From Eledone cirrhosa (taxonomy: Eukaryota), in NCBI GenBank assembly GCA_964016885.1, contig OZ024745.1:74338001-74402000 (forward strand): 64,000 nucleotides of DNA, read 5' to 3'. Made by a program: the position numbers and the translations under genes. Below are positions 38,326-51,000 of the stretch, piece after piece; within the stretch, counting starts at the first letter, position 1; every line of letters starts with the position of its first letter. The notes below the pieces were generated by a model. The model searched no databases. It was given only the letters and a program-made list of their open reading frames with translations, and had not been told where the DNA came from.

Positions 38326-39221
38326 CTATATGATTGTGAGATTAATGTGACAATCTCCCAAAAGAGGTGAGTTTAACCCTTGTTTCTTTATTATATGAAG
38401 CACAATTGTTTCACTGAGGAATATTTTGTAATTGGGCTTGGCAAGGTACAAAATAATATTGGATATTAAAGCTGCCAAAAACAACAAATATAAAGAAAAC
38501 CACATTGACTTATCCTTACATTTAAACAATGTATCACAGAATAGGTAGATATGTAGTGTTATATAATATATCTTTAAATTGTTACATCAAATAGAAATTA
38601 TCCAATCTAAATACTACAGCCACTATAACAGTTTCTGGGGAATTCTGATTTTGTAAAGTCAGTAGTGCCTTAAATGAAATAAATTTTCAACATAAAACTA
38701 AAACATCAACTTATTGATTTTAACAGTGTATATATATACTGAAATATGATGAAATAAAGTGATTGGTAAAGTAAACAAGCTAATGGGTTTTACAGTTAAA
38801 TATAGTAATAAAACATATCAATCTTTCTTCATAGGGAATTATCTATTGGGGAAGTATGGGTGAGTGAGTAACAATACTTCTTGAATTCACATAATATAAC
38901 AATGCAATATATCATAATAAAATTATATTTGAATGGCGAAAATATTGTATTATAACAATAGTTAAAATCTCAGTGGAGTTTATCTTATATACACTTGTAC
39001 TAACTTATTTTCACTCCTTTAGATAAACCAGTATATAAGTCCTTTATTGAAATTGAGCAAAATAAAAGCTAAACAATAATTTCTTCAAGTTTGTTTTTCT
39101 GATATATTTAATTTATGGTTAGTTTGAACTTTTGAAAATCTGTAGTTTAGAGAGAAAAAGGCTGATAGTAAGTTACACTAAGAGGTCATCAGAGGTATTT
39201 GGGCTTAGCATTTAGGGGACA

Positions 39222-39385
39222 TACCAGGGTGTTGATAATTTCCTGACTTTAAGAGTACAGAGGTGATAGGACTGCTGCAATAAGTGTGTGAATCTGAGAG
39301 AGGAATATGTTAAATAAAATTATACTTAACTGATCCTCCTGTATTTTCTTTTACTCAAAGCCATGCACTTTTCAGCACTCTGGTA
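39222..39385. mobile_element. mariner-type MITE
   Basis: TA-CCAGGGTGTTGA...TCAGCACTCTGG-TA. Confidence 0.6.
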
Positions 39386-39675
39386 TGATAGTTCTAGATC
39401 TGTGTTGTTCCTTAGATGTGAGTGTAGAATGTTTAGTGAATATTTTGAAAGTAATTTATTCACTCAAGTAAAACTTTGAGATTGTTTCCTTAACCTTGAC
39501 ATAAATAGTAACAACCAATTTGTTTATTTTTAACCATATTTTGCACTACACAACAGAGTATAACCTATTACATGTACATTAACATACTTAATTTTGTTTG
39601 GGGTTATAACTCTGTGTTAATAAAAGATTGTAATCAGGACTGAAACTTGTGATTTCATATACCCATGGTTGTTGT

Positions 39676-39880
39676 TTAATTTTTTATCATTTAAACCGGC
39701 CAAATCCAGCCCCAATTCTTTCACTTCTTTCTGTTCAAACTGGCTGTAACCAGCTGCTCATACTGAAGGTATTGTTTTCAAACTATATAATATCAAAATC
39801 ACATAGATTCGATATTATGTGAGATAATACCGTGAAAATACAATATTATATATAGAGTAATGTAAATGCTAATGGGTTAA
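39676..39880. mobile_element. TTAA MITE family 1, inserted at the TTAA of an old repeat
   Basis: Interior matches 10093 and 26221. The flanks GTTGTTTAA / CCCCAAAG rejoin to the sequence seen uninterrupted at ~11281. Confidence 0.75.
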
Positions 39881-40639
39881 CCCCAAAGCAGCCCTAATCA
39901 AAAGTGTCCAATTGAGATCCTATATTTTATTTTTTCAAACATTTTATCTACAACTACATTAACTAATATATCCTTCCTTTTTTTATGATGACTGAGTGGA
40001 GTTTAAAAAGATATTTAGATGTTATTTCTAGCAGGCTAAGCAACCAAATAAAGGCTGCTTCATGGTTTCATATGAGTCCAAGAAAATTCTCATGCTATAC
40101 TTATAATTAATTTTGCTGATGCTTTAACTGAGGACAGCTTTCACAGCATGACTAAATATGTTTACATTCACATAATAAATTTATTTATAAATTCTATCAT
40201 ATATCTGATAACTTTAATAATATTGCTATCCTAATATTATGTATAGATAATAACATTTCAACAATAGTATTGTAAATTCACTTTCCATCATAATAAATTA
40301 CAAAACAATTTGTGAGTATATACTTTTGTTTGCCTGCCTGTCTGCCTGTCTCACAGACACACTAACACGAAAATGTCTGTAACATCGTCATTTCAGTTCT
40401 AGAGTCAATGTTTGTACTGAGGTACAATTCAAAATATGTAATATATTGTAAATATTGTATATGAAATGAAAGTGTGACTTATCTACTAGCATAACTTTTA
40501 CATGCATAACATGCAGTATATACAGAAGGATAAATATCAATTACATACACATACACACACACATGCACACTTACATATATATATTGGCTATGATAGCAGT
40601 CAAGATTTTTCTTCTCGTGAATTAGATCTTCACACCTGT

Positions 40640-40868
40640 TTTAGATGCCCAAGCAATGGGTGTCCCTTAATCAGATCTGTACATCACATGCCAGGACAGC
40701 CCATCATCTCCATCAATGGAAAATGAAAGACAGCCCAGCATGCAACTGTGGGGACCCTTACCAGACAATGCTGCATAGTTTGGGATTGCCTCCTAGACGT
40801 TTTCCTGGCAGCCTGGATGCAATCCAAAATACTACAAATGACACCTTAGTCTGGCTCACCAATCTTGA

Positions 40869-40872
<4 letters not shown>
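40640..40872 (+). pseudogene. 3' relic of a Vingi/Ingi-like (I-group) LINE with C-terminal zinc knuckle
   Basis: Translates to QWVSLNQICTSHARTAHHLHQWKMKDSPACNCGDPYQTMLH...RRFPGSL...WLTNLDI. Confidence 0.65.
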
Positions 40873-40899
<27 letters not shown>

Positions 40900-41681
40900 A
40901 ACTATTGTACATATGTCATACGATAAGAAGTGTCCAAGTAGTCACAAGCAGACCTAGACCCTTGACCCAGATATCATAAATGAAACGACAGCTGGTGGGA
41001 GAGGTAGAGAAAGTGAGGAAGGTTGCCCCTCTCCCCTTATTGGATTAGTACTTTATTTAATGACCACAAAATGATGAAAGACAAAGTTGATCTTGGCATA
41101 ATTTGAATTCAGAATGCAGGGCCTGAGGACAAATACCATGAAGCATTCTATCCAACATTCTAACAACTCTGTCTTGATATACACTCTCCCACACATACAC
41201 ATGCTGTTATATATATGGGTGTGCATTTCTGTATTGCTGGATGTCTTGTCATTGCTTGTCAACACTAACTTACAATCCTGCCACACCTACAGTTACATCA
41301 CACATATACATATATCATCAAGAATACAGACATTAATACATTAACTTACACTAACACACACAAACAAACCATCATACACATATCTCTAAACCTATAATTT
41401 TATAGATAGACATGCCTATTCAAAATATATAGATATATAGATACAGACATTTTCTACTAGTGAGTTTCATAGTGGAAGGAGTAAGTGGGTGTAGAAGAAG
41501 AAGAGGGAGAGTTTCATTCAAAATATTAGTTTAAATTTGCAATATTGTCATTAAACTGTAAATTGCAGCTCTGCTATTTATAACACGAGGATTTTTTTCA
41601 ACACATTGACATATATGTGTGTGTGTCTGTCTATGTGCACATGCATACATTCATATGTATGAGTATATAAATAGAAACACG

Positions 41682-42353
41682 CGAAGACTTACGTAGATTA
41701 GAGAGAAACGAAGCCTGCATGCTCCGATGGATGTGTAACAGTAATATACGCGAATGACAAAGCATAAATGAATTGAGAGAGAGACTGAGCATAAGAGGAA
41801 TCAAATGCTGTGTGCAGGAGAGGCGGTTGCGCTGGTATGGACATGTGATGCGTCTGAAGGATGACAGCTGCATAAAAAGGTGCAGAGCACTAGAAGTCGA
41901 TGGAAACCGCGGAGTGGGGAGACCGAAGATGACCTGGGATGAGGTGATAAAAGCCGACCTTACCCAATTACACCTCTCAAAGGCGATGACACACGACCGT
42001 GACCTCTGGCGTCACGCAGTAATACAGAGTACCCGACCTCTCATGGGTACAAGCTGAAGCATATAGACAATATGCCCCCACACCCCCCACTGCAAGGTGG
42101 TCGTGGAGGTGCCACGGCAAAAAAGCACCCAGCCCACACTGTAAAGTGGATGTGTAGGCGCCACAAAAAAAAACACCCAGCACTCACTGTAAATGAGGTT
42201 GGTGTTAGGAAGGGCATCCAGCTGTAGAAATCAAGCCAAATCAGTTCCTGTATGAGGAAGGCATGGTCAGCCGACCAGACACTGCCCACAACAGGACAAC
42301 CCGTCTAACCCATGCTAGCGTGGAAGAACGGACGTAAAACAGTGATGATGATG
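41682..42353 (+). mobile_element. 5'-truncated RTE LINE family A
   Basis: Near-identical to the reverse complement of 1513-2175. Confidence 0.92.
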
Positions 42354-42975
42354 AAACACAGACACACTTACAAGAATACACTCTCATAGACATACATTCA
42401 CACAAACACACACACACACTGTGTGATGGACAGATGGACGGAATTCGCTTAAATTTATATAGAGATTAAAACTACAATGGTTCCCTTGGAAGTCAAAGTG
42501 ATGGTGGTAGGGTGCCACTGGTATTAGATGTAGTAGTGTTGTTGTGTTCATCATGATGTTGATTGTTCATCATCATCATCATTTAATGTCCATTTTCACT
42601 ACTAGTATTGATATTTATTGGTGGTTGAATTTGTTATTGTTGGAAATGGGTGGGGGACATTGTTTGCCATTTGTTTACAGTTTTGCAACTGTTTTATTAT
42701 TGTAGAAAAAGTAATATTTTGTTGTACAAATTTATAAATATATACTACTATAAAGAAATGTTCATATAACTGACTAACAATTGTACTATTAATTATATAA
42801 ATCTGAAGTAAAAAGGATACTTATTGTTGTAAGCCAAGAAAATGATGGTAAATTAAGCAATGTAATGGACTTTACTATGAAACAAGACAATGCCTGTAGT
42901 TACAGATTTCAACTTATTACCTTCTACCCATTAGTCTCCAGACTAATTGAAATTTCATTAGTTTGTTTGAGTATA

Positions 42976-43007
<32 letters not shown>

Positions 43008-43014
<7 letters not shown>

Positions 43015-43210
43015 TTTTAGTAAGGCTAAATAGTGAGTCTTGTTATTCTGAAGTTTCACCTGTTTATCACAGAGTCATCAGACAAGAGTTCTTATCTGAT
43101 GACCCTTTGATCAACAGGCAAAATTCCAGCATAACAAGACTCACTATTTAGCCTCAATAATATGAATATTAAAACTCTACTTCGATATTGAGTACTCTTT
43201 TCTCTCAGCC
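43008..43210. mobile_element. PLE-type pLTR fold-back (~80-bp arms) with two inverted, decayed hammerheads
   Basis: 43008-43087 vs 43090-43169. Arm consensus CUUGU-CUGAUGA-CYCUGU..ACAGG-GAAA-UUCCAGAA-UA-ACAAG; ACTCTAC..TTGAGTAC tail; (TA)n on the left. Confidence 0.75.
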
Positions 43211-46139
43211 TATTTGAGGCAAGTTAGGTCAGGTGACTGTATGGTAGTAGCAGCAGCAGCCATCGCATAAACCAGTGTTATTTGTTATTACATCATATTT
43301 TTACTACGAACCAGTAACAAACTTTTATGAAACATTTTTAGTGGGTGGTGGAGAATTTTGCCAAAAATATTGAGAACCCCTGATCTACAGTCGTACTGAA
43401 AGTGAAATGGAGTCAGTTTAGCAGGTGCTTTACACTATGCTTGAATAAGAAACAACTAATTTTGAATTTTGGTAAATGTATTACATTTAGTCAGACATGA
43501 GTTAACAAGACCGCCTTTACACAGTTGTTCAACCATCTAAAAATAGTAGTCATATCTCCATCAAATCACTATGTAGATTATTGAAAATGGTAGAAGTCAT
43601 TTGATAATGTAGTCATACCATTTGAAAAAAAAATAAGACAAGATGGTCACAGCTAAAACACTTTTAATTATAGGTCTTTTCATTGAACAACACAGACACA
43701 TTACTAAAATTAATGTTGAGAGATATAGAAATGATTGATTGGATATGGTGATCCTCCATTCAACTAAACAATCATGAGTTCACATTCCATCGCTGTCGTT
43801 CTTTATTGCTTTGTCAATATTTGTAAAAAAAAATGTTAATGTGATGGTGGATTGGCTGAATTGGTGAAGCATCAGATCAAATGCCATTGTGATATTTGTT
43901 CTGGCTCTTTACAATTTAGTTCAAATCCCTCGAAGGTTAACTTTGTCCTTCATCCTTCCAGATTTGGTCAAATATAGTACCAGTCAGTATTGGGGTTGAT
44001 TTAATATTTGTAAAAATATTTATTTCTAATTCAGGCAGAAGGCCAGCAAAATGTTGGGGAAGGGAAAAGTTCATTAACCTTTAGCATGCTAGTAATTTTT
44101 ATGAGTTATTTCCCTTAACACTCCATTATCTATTAAGGGGAGATTACTACATGGTGCCCTGTGTCGCTGACAGCGCATTAAAGCTTAAATCAACCCTATG
44201 GAGCATTGGACAATATGCTCTATGGCATAGAGTTATGGCCCTTTCTAATCTGAGTTTAAATCCTGCCAAGGTTAGCTTTACCTGTCATCCTTACAAGGTT
44301 GATACCAGTCAGTATTGGGGTTGATTTAATCAATTTTTTCTGTCCCCAAAATTTGCTGGCCTTGTGCCTAAATTATAAATCAATATTTGTATGAATTAAT
44401 AATAATAATAATAATAATAATCCATCCACCCTGTGTTAGAGTAGAAAAATTTGATGTAAAATAGTAAAGAAAATGATTAATTTGAACACCCTATGATTAT
44501 TGTTACTGACTAATAACAGTGGCATAGTACTTAAAAATGTTGAAACCTTGCATTAAAAACAAAGTTCTAAGTTTAAACTGAATCTGAGGACAAGTGTATA
44601 TAGAGGTAACATGTAAAGCAGAAGGAAATATAGTACCAATGACAGCAATAGAAACATAAAATCACATTAAAATGTTAAAAGATAATGTTAACAATGTGAA
44701 AATATTCAATTATAATCTTTTAAAGATGGTGTCCCAGTACGACTGTAGTTCAATGACTGAAACTAGTAAAACAATAAGAAAATATAAAGATGGTGAAGCA
44801 GCAGAATCAGTAGAGCCCTAAACTAAGTTCCTTGCAATAGTTAATTATATCTTTAGGTCAACGGATTGGTAGAATCAGTATTTAGTTGCTAAATCCTGCT
44901 GAGGTCATATTTACCATTCATACCTCCAAGGGTCAATAAAATAAGTACCAGTCAAATACTGGGGTTGATTTAATCAACTATATCACTCCCATAAAATTGA
45001 GGGATTATGCCAATGTTAAGAATCAATATTTAATCATATCCTTCTTAACTAATCCTACCGGAGTCCATTTTGCCTTACCGCCATGTAGTCATGTATTGGA
45101 GCTATTTCAATTGACTGCACTCCTCTCCTATCAATAATTGGCTTTGTTCCATTCTGAGTAATCATCATCATCATAATTATTGCTGTTGTTGTTATTATTA
45201 GATTATATTTCTGCACCACTTGCCAAAACCACAACCATCACTATTATTATTTTTGTGGTAGTGGTAATGACAGTAGTGGTGGTTGTGGTGCTAGTGGTAA
45301 TGGCAGTAGTGGTGGTTGTGGTGCTGTTAGTATTATAATAAGTGTTGATAGAGGGTGGGCAGTGGGAGAAATGCCAAGAAATACAATATTAAAATCTGAA
45401 GAATGTGTACCAGAAAGAATACAGTGGATGGAATTCTTTTAGAACCACTGTGGTGACAGCACTGGTGAGAAAACAGGGTGAAAGGGTGTGTTAGTTTGAA
45501 GGGTAGATTGTTGGCATATGGCAGTTATAGGATTTGGTTCTGTGAATCTGGAGAAGTTGAGAGAACTATGTAGACAGACACAAACAGACAGGTAACTACA
45601 ACTAAATATTGATTTCACTCTGCCATATTTAATTTTGCTGTCTCTTCCCTATTTCTATTAACATAGAACAACAGGAAGATTTTTTTCCCTGTGTCCATGG
45701 CTGAGTGAGAGGCTTCGTTATGTTGTAGGAGGGGATTTTGTTGTTTCTTTATGAATTTTCCCCACCTCAACAGAACTCACCCACTACAGACACAATTCCA
45801 CTCACACCCATCCATCATCATCTGACTCTCCATCATGCTATCATATTATTTCCCACATTCTCATCCATGTATTGCCACTTCTTCACGTTTCTTTTTACTA
45901 GTATATATCATCATCCTCATTTTACATCTATTTCTATGCTTGATTAGAAACGCTGTCTCATTATGAAGCTAGACAAATCAAGTGACCACATCTTGCTCAT
46001 AGACTCTGCTTTCGGCTTGGTTTTCTACAGCTAGGTGCTGTTCATAATACCAACCACTTTATCATGTGGACTAGGAACTTTTTTACATGGCTCCAGCAAT
46101 ACTAACTATCAGAGTAAATTGAGTATTTTTGTATATGTA

Positions 46140-46316
46140 TGATGATGATGATCATCATCATCACTGTTTTGCATTGATTCTTCCACGCTAGCATGGGTTA
46201 GATGGGTTGTCCTGTTGTGGGAAATGTTAGGTCGGCTGACCTTCTCTTGCTCATACGGGAACTGATTTTGGCTTGATTTCTACAGCTGGATGCCCTTCCT
46301 AACACCAACCTCATTC
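46140..46316 (-). mobile_element. RTE-A 3' UTR fragment
   Basis: Matches 1050-1210. Confidence 0.85.
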
Positions 46317-46332
46317 ATGATATATATATATA

Positions 46333-47498
46333 TATATTTATTAAAATAACAGATTAAAGTTTAAGCAAAGAATCGTTGCTTTCACCCTTAACGGGATCTT
46401 CTGAAACTAACAAAGTCAATCTGTAAACACAGAAGTGGATATTTCAAAAAACGTTGCAACCGGAGGAAGACAGGAAGACGATACTTTGGTTCGTGGAAAC
46501 GTTCGCTGGCAAAGAACGGGAAAAAACGAATATAATACGTCATTAATAGGAGCGGTGAAAAACAATTACACGCAAAGACATAACCACGTTTTTGGTATGA
46601 AAGAAGTCGTAGACTAATATTCTCATAGGTGGTTCATGGAGACATTCTCTGGCAATGAATGGAAAAAACGAAGATAATACGTCATTAATAGGAGCGATGA
46701 AAAACAATTACGCGCAAAGACAGAACTATGTTTATGGTATAAAAGAAGTCGTAGACTAATGTTCTATTAGGTGGTTCATAGAGATGTTCTCTGGCAATGA
46801 ACGGAAAAAACGAAGATAATACGTCATATGTGGAGCGTGGAGAACAATTGCACGCAAAGACAAAACCACGTAAATCGTATAGCTGAAGTCGTAGACTAAA
46901 ATTCTAACTAGGAAACCGAATGAATCTCCGCTTCAGAGTTAAGAATAAAAAATACAATACAGAGGTAATAGAAATTAAATAAATACATACACGCATGCAA
47001 ATACGTACATACGCAGGCATACGCGAAAACACTTGCCATAGGTATACAAAACCACGCACATATAAATATGTGTGTGTGTGTGTGTGTGTGTGTATACAAA
47101 TAAATAAATAATTAAATAAACGTATATAAATAAATAAATACGTATATAACAAGCGCACACACATACCTACATGTAAATACACAAATGTTCGGAGACGTAC
47201 GTCAACTAAAACATGAAGTACACATATACACACACCCTACATACGTACAAACCTGCATACTCATGCGGACACAAAACTCCCGTATACACATAACCAAACC
47301 ATATGTACCAGAATATATAAAATTATACGCCATAACATATTGACTTTGTTAGTTTCAGAAGATCCCGTTAAGGGTGAAAGCAGCGATTCTTTGCTTAAAC
47401 TTTAATCTGTTATTTTAATAAATATTTGCTCTACCGTTCTTATATATTTGATATATATTTATCCTTATCGAGCCCTCTTTGGATTTTAGTCTTCAAAT

Positions 47499-47510
<12 letters not shown>
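46333..47510 (+). mobile_element. Non-coding PLE-type element: inverted ~87-bp repeats with hammerhead variant, internal 3 x ~142-bp tandem repeat, inside (TA)n
   Basis: 46333-46420 is the reverse complement of 47339-47425 with one mismatch. Repeat units start at ~46508, 46651 and 46793. CpG-rich relative to the flanks. Confidence 0.75.
47351..47401 (+). ncRNA. Hammerhead-like fold with variant core CAGAAGA (mirror copy at 46358-46408, minus strand)
   Basis: AGUUU-CAGAAGA-UCCC(GUUAA)GGGU-GAAA-GCAG(CGAUUCU)UUGC-UU-AAACU; all three stems pair. Confidence 0.55.
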
Positions 47511-47529
<19 letters not shown>

Positions 47530-47544
47530 TATATATCATGAATG

Positions 47545-47727
47545 AGGTCCCTATCATTCCACTGCAAAGTGGTCGTGGAGGTGCCACGGCAAAAAAGCAC
47601 CCAGCACTCACTGTAAATGAGGTTGGTGTTAGGAAGGGCATCCAGCTGTAGAAATCAAGCCAGAATCATTTCCCGTCCCACCCTTGCAAGCAGGGAAAAG
47701 CGGACGTAAAAGGATGATGATGATGAC
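47545..47727 (+). mobile_element. 3' half of the RTE-tailed SINE (as at 15310)
   Basis: Matches 15466-15654. Confidence 0.85.
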
Positions 47728-48739
47728 GATATATATGGAACTGGCTATTGAAACAACAAGAGCTCAGTCATTGGGCCCCAACTCTTTCTAATATAGTCAC
47801 ACTCTACTATCCCAAGTATCGAGTACTCTGTTGAATAATGGTCTAACTAGTTTCATCCTGATACATTTCATATTTATATACATATAGTGGAAAATGGACG
47901 TTAAACGAAGATGATGATGATGATGATGATGATGATGATATATTTGCAAGCAGGGAAAAGTGGACGTAAAAGGATGATGATATATATGGGGAGGTTTCAA
48001 CTGGTTCCTCAGATTGGCTGCAATCTCATGACTGAAACCACTAAAAGAATAAGTGTAATATATGACTAAATAAGGAACACTCAATGTTATGAAAATAGAG
48101 ATAGATATATTATATTTACATTGTAGAATCTTGTCAGTACATCTTACTTAAAGTTTCAGATAAATTTGTTGGTATGAGTGTCCATAATTAGGAGTTTTAT
48201 TCCTTACCATGGTATCTGAAAATACTCTGGATCAAAACAACATGCAGGATAAAAATAGTTCTCCTCCTACTACTCCTCCTCCTCAAACACTCCTTCCAAC
48301 GGATCCTGTTAGAAGCAACTGTTTCCAACTGATCCAGTTGGATCTCCATGTGAGACCAACCATCTGGCTTGGGGTTTATATTGCTTTAAAAAATAATAAA
48401 TTACTTGTTAGGTGTTGAAATAATCCAACTAACATTAGGTAATAAGCTATTTATACTAAATACCATGGTAGCTAGAGTGGATCTAGAATGATGATGTAAA
48501 TGATCAAAGTAAGAAGAAAGGTAAATTAAAAGGGGATTTAGTTGAGGTTTTGTAGTTGAAGAAATGGGATGGTCAAAAACAAAAAGGGGTAGCAGGTGTA
48601 AATTTGATGTGGATTATAGAATACAAAGATTTAAGAATAAGAAAATAAATGGAGAAACAACATTGATCAAAGATTCAATTACAATTCAACTTAGTCAAGT
48701 GCTGCCAAATCCATTGCTTCTTTGATGGTGGCAGTGACC

Positions 48740-49230
48740 AAAATTCTAAAATATATTTGGTGCAGTATGGACAAGTGCCAAATGTCTCATTCTTGGCACT
48801 GAAGCAAATGCCTGATTCTAGTGAGTTCTTTGGTGTTACCTTCCACTCAGTTATACAGAACTCACATCTGCTGCCATTCATGTCTGCATCTCTCCACAAT
48901 CCTCAAGTTGAAATTGTAATTATCAGACTTCTCTTTTAATTGCCAGATGATAACTTTGTTGCTCTGCATTTTACCAAAGTACTGAAGAAGTTGTGATTAT
49001 TAAACCTCATCTTGAATTTTCATTTGCTCATACCAGTATATCATTTTAGGCTTTTGATGGAATCTGGGTTAGCTGATATAAATTCTGCCTCATTTGCCAC
49101 TATTTTATAGGATATGTTAAACAGTCGCATATTGTTCCTACTGGAGAAAGCAGTCTTGCTAGTTACTGTATACATATGCAAAATTATACTTTTTATGTTA
49201 AGGGTAGAACTAAAGCTAATCTTCATCTTA
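48740..49230 (-). pseudogene. Decayed GIY-YIG endonuclease region of a second, different PLE family
   Basis: Joined minus-strand frames give KISFSSTLNIKSII...NISYK...YTGMSK*KFKMRFNNH...WQLKEK...NGSRCEFCITE...KNETFGTCPY, the layout of a PLE endonuclease C-terminus. Confidence 0.6.
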
Positions 49231-49344
49231 TACCTGTTAAACTGTTTCCTGTATTTATGGCTAATGAAGTAGTACTTATTTATTGATTTTTTGACAATGG
49301 AGGAAAGATTATGGATTCTTCTACTTATATTTTTAACAAGAGTC

Positions 49345-49585
49345 TTAACCCATTAGCTACCAACCAGGCCAAAACCGGCTCTGGTTCTGTGAAATAAAAT
49401 CACCCATTTGAAAGGTTTCCAATTTAAATTAAAATCTTCCAACATAATTTAATATAAAAATCTTACATTAAGTTACTATCTTAGTAATGAAATAGTTAAT
49501 AATTTTATTCAATTAGATCAAAATTATTCATTAATTAATTGAAATAGAGTGTTTTTCATTAGAAATATGGTCATGAAAGGGTTAA
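49345..49585. mobile_element. TTAA MITE family 2
   Basis: TTAA-CCCATT...AAAGGG-TTAA; homologous to 33528 and 35525-35752. Confidence 0.8.
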
Positions 49586-50311
49586 AAACTATGAGGGAGT
49601 TGTGGGATCTGACGTTTATGTAAGTGAGCATTTTGTTAGCATTTCTAAAGGGCTTGGTTATAGTTGTGTAAATCCAGGGTGATATCCAAGAAATTTAATA
49701 TGGTTAAATTAGTTCCTTTAGCGATTTTTGTCTATATCACTCTCTTAGATCATTTTATTTCTATCACTATCTTCTCTCTCCCTTTCACCTCTCTTTCTCG
49801 TTTTCTCTCTCTCTCCCTCACTCTTCCTCTCATTCCCATTTCTTTATCTTTTCCTCTTTTTGTCATTGACACCAAGCTTCTTTCACTTTCCCTTACCCTG
49901 CTCCATTTCTTTCTTCCCTTCTTTTATTCTTCTCTCTCTCTCTCCCACACACACACATCTTCCTATCTCATCTCTCCATTTACCATCTCCACTATAAATT
50001 ACTGACAAACTTATATCATAATAAAAAAAAATATTAGTTATTTTAGGAATTACATTTTAAAAATAAGGCAACAAAATTTCCAAAAATATTAATCTATTTT
50101 ATTTATTTCCCATGAAAGACTAGAATTAGTTATCAATACTTGTTTCCATATTTAAAACGAAAATATTGTGTCTTTTCTTTTTCCTACATAGTTGTTATTT
50201 AAGGGTGGGAGTCGTAGAGTGGAGGAAATGGTACTCTCTGTTGGACAGAATGATTGATTATCTTGCTGTATTTTATTATTTTATTATATCTCTTTGTATT
50301 ATAAATTTATA

Positions 50312-50624
50312 CAGTTACTCCTACCCCTAGTATTCGCAGGGTGGGGTTAAGTTCGTAGAGTACCCACGAAGAGGGAAAAACTTGGACGTGGTCCATAAAA
50401 ATGCCTATAAACATCAAAATATAACATAAAATATAGGCTGGCAAATACGGTATATTGTTAGTAATAATTTAGCGTTAAAAAGCATGAAAAAATATATATT
50501 GCCACGAAAAAAGTCATTAAAAAATCGCGGAAGATATTTACGATGTCGTGAATATGTGGTGGTTTCCACGAACAATTATTACTTAGGTTCCAAGGAAAAT
50601 TTCGCGAATGCCGTGGGTACACTG
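50312..50624. mobile_element. pogo/Tigger-type MITE
   Basis: TA-CAGT..CCCTAGTATTCGCAG...TTCGCGAATGCCGTGGGTACACTG-TA. Confidence 0.65.
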
Positions 50625-50674
50625 TATTTCACTAAAATTGATTTGTATGGCTGATAAAATAGGTACCAGTAATA

Positions 50675-51000
50675 TCTTCTTCTTTAGCCACTTATTCCTG
50701 AGAGGGTTGTGGGTGCAGAGTCCTCAAACACTCCTTGCAGTGGATCTTGTGAGAAGCAACTGTTACCAACTGATCCGAGTCAAGCTCATGGATGTCATCC
50801 AACCTTCTTGCCCGGGGTCTACTGCCAGTTGGTTTTGTCCGTAAATTCTGTTCAGCAATTATATCCTAAGACATTCTAACCACATGCCCATAGTACCGAA
50901 GCTGTGATCTCTCAATTCGGAGAAGTAGCAGCTCTACCTGGAGTGACTCTCTGATCTCTGAGCTACGCACTCTATCGAGTAACATTACTTCCAAAGAATC
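50675..51000 (-). mobile_element. RTE family B 3' fragment, followed by a SINE-A-type copy (+) at ~51020-51232
   Basis: Reverse complement aligns to 28915-29272. Confidence 0.8.

Noticed and set aside
46508-46905. Regularly spaced repeats resembling a CRISPR array
   Set aside because: Whole ~142-bp units are repeated with no unique spacers; there are no cas genes and the context is eukaryotic.
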